The position numbers and the translations under genes were made by a program. 64,000 bases of DNA, taken from NCBI GenBank assembly GCA_951406725.2, contig OX597820.1:75950001-76014000 (forward strand). Direction: 5' to 3'. Shown in pieces: positions 12,728-26,511 of this stretch (its first letter is position 1; every line of letters starts with the position of its first letter). The stretch is from Octopus vulgaris (taxonomy: Eukaryota). The notes under the pieces are model-generated. The model did no database searches, was not told where the DNA came from, and saw only the letters and a list, made by a program, of their open reading frames with translations.

Positions 12728-13680
12728 GCATGACATCTCTTGAAGCTGCGAACGAACTTGAACATGAAGTCTGTGAAACCAGAAGCAGCAGGAAAATATT
12801 TGTCAAGAATTTTTGTTTCATTTAAATAAAAGCATAAGTTAAAAACTGAAGTCTCCTTTATGATATTTTCCACAAAAAGAAATACATTAAAAGGACATAT
12901 GACCTCAAACAGAGACACAAACAACAGTAGTGGAGATATATAAAAACTTAAAAATGACAACAAAAACGCTAGAGAGAATATAAAGACTGGAAACAAACAA
13001 GAATGAAAGGAATGAAGAAACAAATAGAAAAAAAGAAAAGGAAAAAAAAAAAAAATGCGTATGGGAGAATAAAGAAAGAAAAGGTGAAATAAATATAGGA
13101 AAGCAAAAATTTTACAAAATGTCTGCTCCATAATGATAGCTGGGAGACAGAAAATGCACAAGTGTAAGAAGATGGAAGTGGAGGATGAAGAGGATGAGGA
13201 AGAAGCTGAGGAAACATTACGAATAGAATATACGGGCGTTCTGATTGCACATATGAGAGTACCTGAAGGAGGTTGTATGATGATGGTTTTGGTGCTGAGC
13301 ATAATGAAGTTCGACTAGAGAGGTACGGTGGGAACGCATTGTTAATTTCCCATGAGGGTTTAAAGTTCCGCCAAAAAAAAGTAATGATGAATAGTATATA
13401 AAAACAAGAAAAAAAGAGTAAAAATAAGCAAAGAAGCCCACATTCCCTAAAAAAATGTGAACTATATAGTGATACATGTTGGGTAAGATATAAAGTTTGT
13501 TCGGTGGGTAGAGGGAGCGGGTTAGGTAGGGGGACCGTAGGGGTTAGGTGGATATAGGCAGGTAAGGTGAGGAAATAAAACGGAATTGGCAAGTAGAAAA
13601 ATGGGGAAACAGAAAAACAAAACAACAAAAAAAAGAATTTTGAAGGATGCTTTTTTGGGGCGTTGAAATATTTCCGGGGA

Positions 13681-13681
13681 A

Positions 13682-13729
<48 letters not shown>

Positions 13730-13874
13730 TAATAATAATGGTGGTGGGGGTGGTGAAGAAGATGACGACGATGATGATGATGATGATGATTTCGTTTGCC
13801 ACAAGGGCATCAGATGAAGGATAACAACAGCAATAGTAGTAATGATAATAATGGTGATGATGATGATGATGATG

Positions 13875-13920
<46 letters not shown>

Positions 13921-14057
13921 GAAGAAGAAGAAGAAGAAGAAGAAGAAAAAGAAGAATTTTTTATTTGCCACGGGGACATCAGAGGAAGAATAAGAACAAC
14001 AGCATCGATAACAATAGTGATAATAATAATAATGATAATAATAATAATAATAATATA

Positions 14058-14150
<93 letters not shown>

Positions 14151-14205
14151 TACTAATCATAGTAATAATAATAATATATCTTTTATCATAATGATGATAA
14201 TAATA
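13681..14205. repeat. (AAT)n/(GAT)n/(AAG)n arrays
   Basis: Direct reading. Confidence 0.9.
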
Positions 14206-14469
14206 AATGCAAGTAAGTAGAAAAAATTTAGCAACGAAAGAAGAGATGTAAGACAAAGAAAGATTGAGAGGGAGAAAAAAGAAGAGAAAGAGGGACGCGG
14301 GGAGGGGCGGCGTATGAAGAGGAGAATGGATGAATGAGAGTGAGACAAAAAGAGGCGGAGAAACGGGAAGCGGAACATTAAGACAGGTAAGGGGAACTTT
14401 CTAAGAACAAGACTGATGCCTGCGCTGGTGGTATTGACTAGTTTCTTTTTTCTTAAATTAGGGCAAACG

Positions 14470-14473
14470 CAGC

Positions 14474-14520
<47 letters not shown>

Positions 14521-14530
14521 CAGCAGCAGC

Positions 14531-14574
<44 letters not shown>

Positions 14575-14599
14575 GAGGAGGAGGAGGAGGAGGAGGAGG
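14470..14599. repeat. (TAG)n-(CAG)n-(TAG)n-(GAG)n array
   Basis: Direct reading. Confidence 0.95.
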
Positions 14600-14817
14600 T
14601 GTTGGTGATGGTTTTGGGTGTGGGTAGAGTGTTGCTGTAATGATGAGGGTGAGTAGGGTCACTTAAATGCACAGAAGAGCATCTTTTAAAGTTTCCAGGT
14701 AGACATTATAATGCCTCACAAATTGCTTTGTGAATACAAAGCAAAATTGAGAGTAAGCTCGAAACGCTATCATATACGTACGACATATGTGTATGTATCT
14801 ATTTGTCTATCTATACT

Positions 14818-15002
<185 letters not shown>

Positions 15003-15106
15003 TGGTAAAAACGGTAAGATAACAAAATAAAGAAAGAGACCTCAATATTATGTGAATAGAGGAAATTTATCTGTAAATTAATATGTTACCATTATACAAT
15101 AGTCAA

Positions 15107-15167
15107 GATAAAACTCTGAGTTTCAGATGCCGAAGTGGAAAACTACAACACCATCTCTTCGGTTATC
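15107..15167 (-). ncRNA. Type-I hammerhead ribozyme-like motif (left arm, mirror copy)
   Basis: Exact reverse complement of 15174-15234. Confidence 0.65.
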
Positions 15168-15173
15168 TGGCCA

Positions 15174-15234
15174 GATAACCGAAGAGATGGTGTTGTAGTT
15201 TTCCACTTCGGCATCTGAAACTCAGAGTTTTATC
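15174..15234 (+). ncRNA. Type-I hammerhead ribozyme-like motif (right arm of palindrome)
   Basis: GATAA-CCGAAGA-GATG(22-nt loop)CATCt-GAAA-CTCaGAG-TT-TTATC; stem I GATAA/TTATC; core U4>C. Confidence 0.65.
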
Positions 15235-15259
15235 TTGACTATTATAATGGTAACATTTT

Positions 15260-15361
<102 letters not shown>

Positions 15362-15365
15362 CATA

Positions 15366-15687
15366 TAGTGGTTAGAGCGTCGAGCTTACGACTGTGAGGT
15401 TGGGAGTTCGAATCACGAACCAGGCTGCGTGTTGTGTTCTTGAGCAAGACAATTTATTTCACGTTGCTCCAGTTCACTCAGTTGTAGAAATGAGTTGCGA
15501 CATCACTGGTGCCAAGCTGTATCAGTCCCTTTGCCTTTCCGTTGGATGACATCGGTGGCATGGAGAGGGGAAGGCAATATGCATGTGCGACTGCTAGTCT
15601 TCCATAAATAACCTTTCCCAGACTTGTGCCTGGGAGGGTAATTTTCTAAGTGCAATCCTATGGTCATTCGTGACCGAAGGGTGTCTC
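15366..15687 (+). mobile_element. tRNA-derived SINE family C
   Basis: Box A/B-like tagtggttagagcg...gagttcgaatc followed by ttgtgttcttgagcaagacaatttat (V/CORE-SINE-like central motif). Confidence 0.65.
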
Positions 15688-16616
15688 CATACATACATGC
15701 ATACATACAAACATACATATGAGTGTGTATGTATATGTGTGTGAATGTATGTATGTATGTATGTGTACGCATGCATATAAATATTTATAGATACTATTTA
15801 TAAAATGAAAAAATGTTTTCAATTGGATATATGCGTATGCATGCGTGTGTTTGTAAATATACACACACATATGTATGTCTGTGTATGCATGTGTGTGTGG
15901 GGGAGGGATGTGTATATATAAATACATGGTGTAAATGTGATGAATTAAAAAAAGCACAAAAGGAATAAAGCTTGAATGAACTGTCAGATGATCGTTGTCA
16001 TGGAAACGGAAAATGCATTAACGTTTCGGACATTCGTCCTTTTCAGAAGAAAGAAAGAAGGATTGCAGGCATGCATGCATGCATATGTGTATGTGTGTGT
16101 GTGTATGTGTGTGTGTGTATGTGTGTAAGTGTGTGCACGTGTGTGTGTGTGTGCGTATGTGTGCGTGTGTTTGTATGCTGTGAGATGAAAGAGAGAAAAG
16201 AAGAAAGCGGGTGAAATGTTAGAAAGAGCGTAGGAATGGGGGTTTTATGTAGATGAGTTAAGGATGGATTAAGGGGAAAGCAGAAGTCTAAGGGAGGGTT
16301 AATGCAGTCTATATATGTGTATAGATGCATGTAAGTATGGGTGTATACTGGAGTTGGTTAGTGGGGGTGAGTAGTGTTGGCAAGAGCGTGTAATTGTTTG
16401 GCAGGTGTTGTAAATATGAGTGTCTGAGGAGTTGGGAGCGGATACAAATTTTAGATTAGGGATGTAGGTGAAACAAATGGCAAAGAGAGAACACTGTGGA
16501 AGGTGCCACTGATATGCGTGTGAATGTGTTACAAAAATACCTAGGAGTGTAAAACTGTTTTAAAAGACTATGCATACTGTAAAGAATGTAAAAGTACAAA
16601 AAAATTGGTAAAAATT

Positions 16617-16940
16617 GGCGCAGGAGTGGCTGTGTGGTATGTAGCTGGCTTACATACCTCATGGTTTCTAGTTCAGTCCCCGTGCATGGCATCTTGGGCA
16701 AGTGTCTTTTGCTATAGCCTCGGGTCGACCAAAGCCTTGTGAGTGGATTTGGTTGACGGAAACTGAAAGAAGCCCGTCGTATATATGTATATATATGTAT
16801 ATGATTGTGTGTCTGTGTTTGTTCCCTCAACTTCATTTGGCAACTGGTGCGGTTTGGTAAAAGAGACCGATCAATAAGTACTGAAGGCGGTGCTCCAGCA
16901 TGGCTGCAGTCAAATGACTGAAACAAATGAAAGAATGAAA
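16617..16940 (+). mobile_element. SINE family B with internal deletions
   Basis: ggcgcaggagtggctgtgtggt...ggcggtgctccagcatggctgcagtcaaatgactgaaac. Confidence 0.85.
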
Positions 16941-17449
16941 GAACACAGGGAAAAGGTCTGAGGAATTTTGTAGAGTGGCTAATGGACTGTCGGAAACTGG
17001 TGAAATCCACAAAGAGGAAGAAATTACAGTAATGGAGACTCTGGCAAAATTTATGAAGAAATAACTGTGATGAAGAGGTGATAAATCTGGTGCAAAAATA
17101 AAATGGCGGTAACAACCGAATTTTGCGTCTTGGGAGAGAAGAGTGGATAGTAAAGGGAGAAAGTAGCTGTAAGAAATGTGTGAGGAAGATGTTGGCATTG
17201 TAAAAAGAAAAACAGGAGTGGTCAAGCAAGAGTGACAAATGGGAGGAAGAAGATTATTCAAAGCTGTCAATAGAGGTGGCCAGTTAAATGGCACTTCGAT
17301 TAGAAAACGGAAATATAATTATTACAGAAGAACAACAGAGCTACATGAAATCAAGAATCTGTCTTTAATCTTTGTATATTGGAGCCATTGCAGTTCTCGT
17401 TCCTGTTATTGTTGCAGTTTTTTTTCAGACCCAGATCAGCACCTACAAG

Positions 17450-17625
17450 GTAGATCGATGATAAAGACTACATCCTCGATATAACTTGTCCGTTTACATT
17501 TTAGTTGGTCAGTGCCTATTTTGTCTAATGTACCCTTCTCGTTTTAAGACAATAGAACGTAAGTTGAAGATTTGGCTGCTATTTCTAGCAAATGGAATGA
17601 CTACATAGTAGATTACTCGTTGGCT
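17450..17625 (+). mobile_element. Old interspersed repeat family E
   Basis: Motif gatttggctgctatttctagca shared, degenerately, with ~22455-22545 (-), ~41605-41645 (+) and ~63910-64000 (-). Confidence 0.5.
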
Positions 17626-18514
17626 GGAATCTTGTATTAGGTTTTATTCTGTTGCTATTGTTTAGCCACATATCAGCTCTGATGTGGCGAGCAGACCTAC
17701 CAATACATGCGTTACGTCTGTAACAGCGTCTTGTTTTTGTCCAAACATGGTGCATCTGGAACAGCATTATACAATATATCGTTTTATTTCTAAAATTTGA
17801 GGAAGATTTAACCACTCTTTCTAACTTGTGAGTCGACCACGTAGAGATTTCTTTGTTGGCTGGTATATTCATAGTTAAATATTGTAGACACTCGGAATAC
17901 GGCGACGGAAAATACTATGAGGTCATGGGCAATTTTAGACAAATGTTTTCACGGGTAATTTCAATCCTCACGACTTCATAACTATCATAAGGTTTTCTGA
18001 AATTATTTCCACAGTATATAATTGGCAATACTGTTTATCTTTCTTTCCTTTCTTCAACGAAGACCACACAGTTATAAAGAAGCCAAATGATATCGTGGTG
18101 TCATTTATGCTGTAATCAAAAACAGGAAGAAATTCCAGCTTGGAATTGAAACCGATAATAATAATAATAATGTCTATGGCACCAGGCCAGAATCTGTAGA
18201 AGGCATCTCAAGTTGAATGAAATTTTTTAACCCTTTGCCTTTCGAAAGCATTTACAGAAGTTTGCCCACTTTTGCAGACTTTTGGTTAGCTCTTGTTCTG
18301 GGTAATATAAAGCTTTTCTTTTATAATTCATAAATAAATTACTCGGTGGCTGTAAAAATGTGTATCATATATGATTCATAGACCCTCGAGGAAATATGTA
18401 TTGTATATCATGTACGAGACACAAAACAAGCAAATATTTAATATTTATTTTATGGACAGGGGTGGCTTGAAAATAAAGCTGAATGCCATTCTTTTAATCT
18501 CTTCAGAACAACTT

Positions 18515-18660
18515 GAATGCTATGAGTTCAAATCCCGCTGTGGTAACTTTGCTCTCATCCTTTCAAGGTCGATAAAATAAGTACCAGCTGATCACAGGGG
18601 TCGATGTAATCGACTTAACCACTGCCCTAGAATTACTGGTCGTATCCCAAACTTTGAAGC
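18515..18660 (+). mobile_element. SINE family A fragment
   Basis: gagttcaaatcccg...tcatcctttcaaggtcgataaaataagtaccag...ggggtcgatgtaatcgact. Confidence 0.7.
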
Positions 18661-18827
18661 GATTGATTTCATGGCATTATTGATTTCAAGATTTCGCACT
18701 AATCCATTAAACAATAGGGCTGAATTGATTTCCCATTTAATTATTTAATTATGCTATTTGTTTCCTTGAATCTATTGATTAGAAGTGAAATCAGTTACGG
18801 AAGGATATGAACTCAGGTTATAGACAA

Positions 18828-19380
18828 TAGGCTCATATATGGTTGTGTGGTTAAGAGGGTCGCTTTATAATCATGTAGCATTGTGTTCAGCCCCACCGCG
18901 CGGCACATCGTGATCCCTATTACTGCGTCGGTCTCGCTAATGCCTTGTGAATGAATTTGGTAGACGGAATCTGTGGAGAAGCCAGTTGCATATATACATG
19001 TATATACACATATACATGCACACACGCACACACGCACACATACACACACGCATACATTCACACACACGCACGCACACATACACGCATACACACATACACA
19101 CATACACAAACACATATACACATACATACACACACAAAAAAACACACACAGGATTCTTAGTGTCTATGCGTGTATTTGTTTTTTGCGTTTATCACCCCAT
19201 TCCTTGACAACCGGTGTTGGTTTGTTTTTTGTCCCTGGACAAAACGAAAGGACACTTACAGAATATGTAGCAGACTTGAAAATAAGTACTGGAGCCGATT
19301 TGGTTCAGCTGAAAATTAAAAATGCTGCAAGGCGATGCTCCACCTTGGTCATAGTCCAATGATGGGAACAAGTGAAAGAC
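18828..19380 (+). mobile_element. SINE family B, degenerate with expanded internal (CA)-rich tract
   Basis: gccttgtgaatgaatttggtagacggaa; ccttgacaaccggtgttgg; ggcgatgctccacc tail. Confidence 0.65.
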
Positions 19381-20459
19381 ATGTTATTAATTATTTATCG
19401 TGATGCTCAACCGTTTCTATTGCTTCAGTCGCATGGTTTGCATTATGTATAACGATGATAAGTTCAGCAAACAGCATCTTTTCATTCACATGTTTAAACA
19501 AAGAGCAACATTCCTCGGGCTACAATTATGAGTGAATATTTTAAAACAAAGAATGAAACATTACGTAAGCTTCTAAGAATACTTCTAGCACACTTAAATC
19601 ATTTAGATTAATAATAATAATAATAATAATTTAATAATAATGTTGATGATAATGATAATAATAATAATGATGATGATCATGATGATGGTGGTGGTGGAGG
19701 TGATAACAACAACAGCAAACAACAACAAACAACAATAATAGAATCCATACGTCGAGTGTGATATTTAATTTAGGAAATTTTCACGATGCGCATGCTTACA
19801 AACATAATAAAAATAAACATATAAATGAATACACGAATAAAATGATATAAATACACACACACATACATACACACACACACAAACACACACACACACACAC
19901 ACGCACATGCATGCATATACACATGCACACACATACACTCAAGCGCAAACGTGCGCACGAAATCACAAGGACAAATATGGCGGATGTCTTCTTCCTGACA
20001 TATTTACTTGCTATCCAAGTTGCCAGGAATATTTTCGCTATTAAAGAGCTCGGTTACAATAAAGAATCCAGACTGGTCAAAACGAAATTCGTTCCTCCAA
20101 ATACTCTTCCCTTCATTCGCTTCTTTATTTTACCACGTTGCACTTGGTTCTCATAGACTTAACCATACTCCGACACCGCAAACACTCTTACTTCTACGCC
20201 GGTCTTAATTCCAGTAATAAAGTAGCTTTCTCACCTTCCACGCCGAGATGTCAGCCAATCCAATATCTTCCAGTCTCATCTATACACATTTTCTTTTTGT
20301 TTATTTACTTTGCTTTCCTTCTTTATATTTTTCAATTCTTTTTTCCCTTCATTTTTCTTGCAGTAGCCTTTGTTAAGTATTTCTATCTATCCACTTTCTT
20401 TTGCACATATCCCAAAATTGTTTCATGAGCTTCCATTCTTTCATACATACATACATACA

Positions 20460-20490
<31 letters not shown>

Positions 20491-20522
20491 TTGAATATAT
20501 ATATATATATATATAAATACAT

Positions 20523-20586
<64 letters not shown>

Positions 20587-20593
20587 CTACATG

Positions 20594-20658
<65 letters not shown>

Positions 20659-20716
20659 AAAAAATGAAGTTCGAAAATGCTGCTGTATTATACAATTTTT
20701 AATTTTTATATATACA

Positions 20717-20758
20717 TTATAACATGTTTCAGTTCCTGAAATGAACCTTATCAAAAAA
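20717..20758 (-). ncRNA. Minimal hammerhead-like motif, U3-A8 core variant
   Basis: Minus strand tttt-TTGATAA-GGTTC atttcag GAACT-GAAA-CATG-TT-ataa; within an insert flanked by (TA)n. Confidence 0.5.
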
Positions 20759-22599
20759 AGTTATATATAAAAAGAGACAGCTCATGCCGTCAAACACAAG
20801 AAATTCATTTATAATACACAACGGAGTCAGACATCTTAGAGTTCATGTATAGTTGATATATAGTTCATGTATAGTTGATATATAGTTTGAAGTATATGTT
20901 CAAAGTGTTCGATGCAGTGGCCCACGGTGGCGATACGTATTCAATACTAAAAACAGATCAAAGTGGTGGAAAGCGGTCAATACAGAAGATTGATGTTTCC
21001 GAAAGAGCGAGGAATTCATTTTTACCTTAAGCAATTGTGATGACCCATGGTGGAAGTTCGCTGGGTGGTATATATATATAATTTTTAAAAAATAGTTTCA
21101 CACAAAACTCATTGCATTAATTTGTTAACCTCGAGTTACCCTCGATTATCTGCCCAACCACCAAGAAAGACATAACTGCAGTTCATTAGTAAGCAGAACT
21201 AATGATAACGATAATTATGATGATGATGATAATAATAATAATTGATCAAGATTGCCGTACAACACGAAGGTAAATGCAGAATAAGAGCACGATACGATTT
21301 GTAAAAATTGCATCGGGTTCTTTTCGTTGTGTATCGACTTTATAATAACAAGAATAATAATAAAGATGATGATGAAGATGATGATGATGATGCCGATGAT
21401 GTTGATTGTCTGAACACAAAATATGGCTGACACCTATGCTGTTTGTTCTCTGTCTCCCTTTAATGTCGTTAACTTTACATTTATATAGAATTCGTTCACT
21501 TTTCTCTGGATACTGGAAGCAACGGTATTTCCCAGGTTGTGAGCCATTATTCTTCTTTCATTTCTAAGTTTCTTACTCTGCTTTTCTCACCGAATTCTTC
21601 CTCTATCCTTTCAGTACGACCCACTCATACTTTCTCCGTCGCAGTTTTCGTTCGACCCAGAATCTACTTCAGATCCAACACACACAGTGTTTAGCAGACA
21701 TGCCTTCTACAGAATGCATAAACAAGTTTGAAGCACAAAATGATATCTGCAGAGATAAGAGTGGGGATAATAATAAGGAGTGTCTATTTACTTTTGAAAT
21801 GTTTGTGTATATACAAAATGAAGCCAAAGCTGCTTGGAAATCTGGTCGATACATAGAACCGATCTTCGATTGAACCTCTTTTACTCATTCCGCTAATACC
21901 TTCGCTAATAGATATCTCTCATCAGGAAACACGAATACCACTGACTTTATTTTGCCAAGACGTGGGTGTAAAATCTAATTTATTAAATGCATTATATCTC
22001 ATAATCTATTACATTTATAATGTATATAAATCGTCCCACAGGTATTCAACAATGATCAAACATTTTCTGTACAAAGATGTTTATGATGCTCAGGTATGTG
22101 TGTAGATTCAATTATGTATTTATTTACGAAGACATCATAGAATTTATTGATCCGATTATAGCCATACAGCACAATTATTAACCGATCTCAATCAATATTT
22201 TATACATGCTTGGATATATGAAAGTACTGATATCGTAATTGCTATTATAAATACACTGTGGTATTTGAGATTTGTCTTTAACGATCCGATTTCGAAATCT
22301 ATCGGAATCAGTATATCATTTTTCAGTCGCCAACACTTATTCATCTTTATGGACCAGATTATCTCCTTCAAAATGTAATCTTAAAATCCTGAAATAGATT
22401 AAAAATGATTTTATATGACTTACTTCTGCATAGATACCAACATGCACATTTAACATGAGGCAACGTTAGGTGTCGCTACATAATCGTTCCACCGGCTAAA
22501 GTTAGCAACCAAATCTCCTTCGGATCACATCCCACCGTGTTAAAGAACGGATCCATTAGTATCGAGGGCCAATATGCGCAATGTTTAAATAAAAATGAA

Positions 22600-22888
22600 G
22601 GTGCGTGGCTTAATAGTTAAGATATTCAACTCACGATCGTAAGGTGGTGAGTTCGATTCCCGGCGGGCGTTGTTTCTTAGGGTAAACTCAGCTGGCAAAG
22701 ATGAGTTACACTGTATTTCAGAGAGCCAGTCTTGTGACATCCTGCGATACACTGAATCACCTGGAGAACTACGTTAAAGGTATGCTTGTTTGTGGAGCCC
22801 TCGGCCACTTGCTCGTTAATTTTCGAGCAGGCTGTTCCGTTGATCGGATCAACTGGAACCCACGTCGTCATAACTGTCGGAGTGTCAA
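22600..22888 (+). mobile_element. tRNA-derived SINE family D
   Basis: Head ggtgcgtggcttaatagttaag...gagttcgattcccggc with box A/B-like motifs; GC-richer body. Confidence 0.55.
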
Positions 22889-23120
22889 TCTATTTAAATA
22901 AAAGACAGGATGATTACGGATGGAATTTTTTTGTTCATGGCTTCGACGGAACCGATTTGAGGCTTATCAGCAACACAAAATCATATTTCAATGATTCTCA
23001 ATGGATGTGACTCAACGCACTCATACACCGAAAGGCTATCTCACTGCAACGAGAACTTTTAAAACTACGATCTAAATCCAAACTGAGCTACTCGAAAGAC
23101 AAGTTGGATTAATAAAACAA

Positions 23121-23350
23121 GACGGTGAGCTGGCAGAAATGTTAGCATACCGGGCAAAATGCGTAGTCGTATTTCGTCTGCCATTACGTTCTGGGTTCAA
23201 ATTCTGCCGCGGTCGACTTTACCTTTCATCCTTTCGGGGTCGATTAAGTAAGTACCATTTACGGACTGGGGTCGATCTAATCGACTTAATCCCCTTGTTT
23301 GTCCCATGTATGCTTAAGTCCCCATCCCCTGTGGGCAATAAAGAAATAAA
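23121..23350 (+). mobile_element. SINE family A (first unit of dimer type)
   Basis: gacggtgagctggcagaaatgttagc...ggtcgactttacctttcatcctttcggggtcgat...cccctgtgggcaataaagaaata. Confidence 0.85.
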
Positions 23351-25356
23351 TATTATATGATATATTTCTGTAGTTTTACTAAATATTTAAATTTATATCA
23401 AATGTTTTCCATAACATTTTATACGAAGCGCAACAGAAACTTTTTATCAGATTATCTGTACACCAGAAACTCTGAAAGAGTTAGAAACACCAAAGAACCA
23501 GTAGATATAACTAAGATATATAAGAGTTACTCATAAATAATGTTAAGTAATGCCAGTGGAATAGTCTTGATTTCTGACTTTGGAACAAGACCAAAAGAAA
23601 TAGAAACAAGACGCCACAAAGTTAATTCACTGAAGTATTTTACAACTTGTAAATTTAAAAGATGACTAGAAAAGTGACACAAGGTCAGCTGCAAGATAAA
23701 CAATTTATAATTAAGTGGGCGATGGCAAACTTGTTGTAAGTTAATAAATTCTTATTATGTTAAGACAGTGCTGAAAACTTATTATCAAAATGATTAAATC
23801 TGGTGTGAAACGACAGAGAAGAGAAGATTGGAATTTTAATCAAAATTTTATTTAAAAGGGAATATAATGTTAGTGATTCAGAGCTTTAACAGTATGGTGA
23901 CAATTTCAAACATGTTTTAGCGTTAACTGACCTCATTAGCGAAAAATAATATAACATGACTGTTCAGCGGTACAAACTACTCGGATGTTTTGAATTTCAT
24001 AAATGATATCACGTTCTGCCGGCAGCCATGTTGAAAATTCATTATTCTGATGAGGTTTGATATGATATTAGGAGGACTAAACTTAGATGGCTTCTTCGTG
24101 AAAGAACAATGAATGGCATAATACTTTAGAATGGCTACAAATATTACGGAAGTGTCCCTGCTTTGAGAAAATCTAATAGCAAAGATGTATGCCGACATGT
24201 TTAGGGCGGTAAATCAAGAAATATGGAATTAAAATTACAGTCACAATGATCCGAATAATCATTTCTAAATGCTTAACTCTAATGTAAGAAAAGAGAAAGA
24301 GGGGAGATAACCTAGACATTTAAAATTACAAGAAATGATTTAGATAAAGTACAATGAGATCTAAAACAAGAACAGAAAAGACTTAACTAAAAACTGCTAG
24401 ACATTTTGTCCGGTACTCTCATATTTTTGCCACTGCTCGATATCAGAAAAAGCAAAAACGGAACAAATAAATATATACAATAAACAAATAATAATAACAA
24501 CAAGAATAAGAATACCAAAACAATCAACAATGGCTGCCACCGCAAACCCATCGCAGCTGCTTCAGCGGAAACACGACAGAAACAATAACAACAACGAACA
24601 AAACACCAACAATGGCCGTCACTAGAAGAAAATGGCGACGGTTGCGACGCTTGTAAATGCAAGAAATTTTTCCTTCTTTCTTTCATTATGTATCTTGCAA
24701 ATGCATTTGATCATTGCTGTTGTTGTTGTTGCTGTTGCTGTTGGTGAGTTCGGAGCATTTTTCATTCCTTAGATATTGTCGTTTCATCAAACTCTCTCTC
24801 TCTCTCTCCTCCCACATCACGTTTCTGCTGCCATTCTGTTTCCGTTCGTCTTGTCATCGCATTTTGTCACGCTAGTCCTTATTGTTGATAAGACAACTCT
24901 TCCTTTCCACTTAATTCTAGCTCTTCACAACCAAACACAAGATATTCTTATTGTCTAATTCTTTTTATTCTCTAATAAGATTAGATTAAATTCCTACAGG
25001 AACCTTAGGTTAATAATATCTATATCCTTCTTTCTTTCTCTTTTTATTTTTTTTTTGCTTTCATTTTTTCAAAGTATTTTTGTTTTTTCTCCATCCCTTC
25101 CATTCATCATTCTCTTCCTCCTTTTCGTTTCCTTCTCTGTCTTTTTCCTCTTGTTCGCTGGAACAGAATATGTTGTTGCTCTTTTGTGGCATACACCTAC
25201 ACAAACATGGAGTAAAGACAAACAATACTAATAGATAAAGTGGTGCGATACCATCTTCGTATGATCTACAATTTACTCGTCTCTCTTTTTCTTTCTTCCA
25301 TTGCATTGGTCTTTATCTCTCTCCCTTTCTCTCTCTCCTTCTCTCTCTCTCTCGCA

Positions 25357-25394
<38 letters not shown>

Positions 25395-25479
25395 ATCTAT
25401 CAACATTTTCAACCATCTTATTTGTTTACCGTCTCATTTCTGTTCCCCTAAACATGCATGCATACAATTCACACGCACA

Positions 25480-26022
25480 AGCACAACTCACACACACACA
25501 TATATACGTACACATTTACATGCATACATTCATACACATGTACATATTTACATATGTGAATACATACACACACCTACATACACATACATTCATACGTATA
25601 TACATACATATATACATACATATTACATGCATGCATACATTCTTACACACGCAAACACACACACACACATGTATAGTTATATACATTCATCGATACATAT
25701 ATTCATGCACAAATACATTCATACATTTATACATCCAGAGATTCATGTATACCTACCTACCTACCTACCTACCTACATACCTACCTATATACATACATAC
25801 ATACATACATACATACATACACACATACATATATACATACATACATATATACATACATACATATATACATACATACATATATACATACATATATACATAC
25901 ATATATGCATATATACATTCATACATACATACATACATATATATACATACATACATGCATACATACGTACATACATACATACTTACATATATACATAAAT
26001 ACATACATACATACATACATAC
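25480..26022. repeat. (ATAC)n-rich low-complexity tract
   Basis: Direct reading. Confidence 0.9.
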
Positions 26023-26473
26023 GTTTAATCTTTTAGTTTGATCTCTTTTTATAAATGATTTTTCATATTTCCTTATCAATCCTTTATATCTTGTTTGCAA
26101 CAATGGCGTTCCTAAGTAAATTAACGTTCCAAGACCTCGATGTGAGTTTCTAAATGAAATGTTAATAGTGGTACATTTTAGCTGCGTTTTGTTGTTAGCA
26201 GCAAGGTTAATGGATTTAGGAACACCATTGTTCCGATGTCCTAAACATAAAGAACCAATAAGGAAATATCAAAACTCTCTTTCTACACGCATTTTGTAAA
26301 GATAATGAATACATTATTGAACTTTTCTCTACTACTTAGATCACAGCCTATGTAGATATACAGACTTCCTGCAATTTTCTTTGTCTTTTATACTTAACAT
26401 TAAGCTCTTTATCTATAATATATATTACACTTGACAACAAAGGATTTTCTTTTCTTCTATCATTATATTCATT

Positions 26474-26511
26474 ATTACTTGACAAAGAATAACGTATCCG
26501 AAACGTCGAAT
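26474..26511 (+). ncRNA. Minimal hammerhead-like motif, U3-A8 core variant
   Basis: TTGACAA-a-GaATA acg TATCC-GAAA-CG-TC-gaat; GUC site; stem II has one mismatch, stem I weak. Confidence 0.4.

Larger units (their letters stand above)
15098..15243. repeat. Perfect spacer-less 146-bp palindrome (73-bp arms)
   Basis: Centre ...ggttatctgg|ccagataacc... between 15170 and 15171; arms checked by eye; extends to 15083-15256 with a 2-bp indel. Confidence 0.95.

Noticed and set aside
12969-14150. 393-aa ORF (longest in track)
   Set aside because: Poly-I/Y/S/H runs from trinucleotide microsatellites; no domain-like sequence
16456-17238. 260-aa minus-strand ORF
   Set aside because: Runs through an antisense SINE B copy; no recognisable protein motif
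20839-20886. 22-bp direct duplication agttcatgtatagttgatatat
   Set aside because: Simple local slippage; no further structure
21670-21873. Open stretch possibly encoding a GIY-YIG/PLE fragment
   Set aside because: Hand translation (QIQHTQCLADMPSTECINKF...) shows no recognisable motif
24520-24665. Possible exon or promoter with aaaatggcg motifs
   Set aside because: No supportable ORF or splice pattern; motifs too short to call
25240-26041. ~250-aa overlapping ORFs (YIHT repeats)
   Set aside because: Translation of (ATAC)n; open in several frames and on both strands
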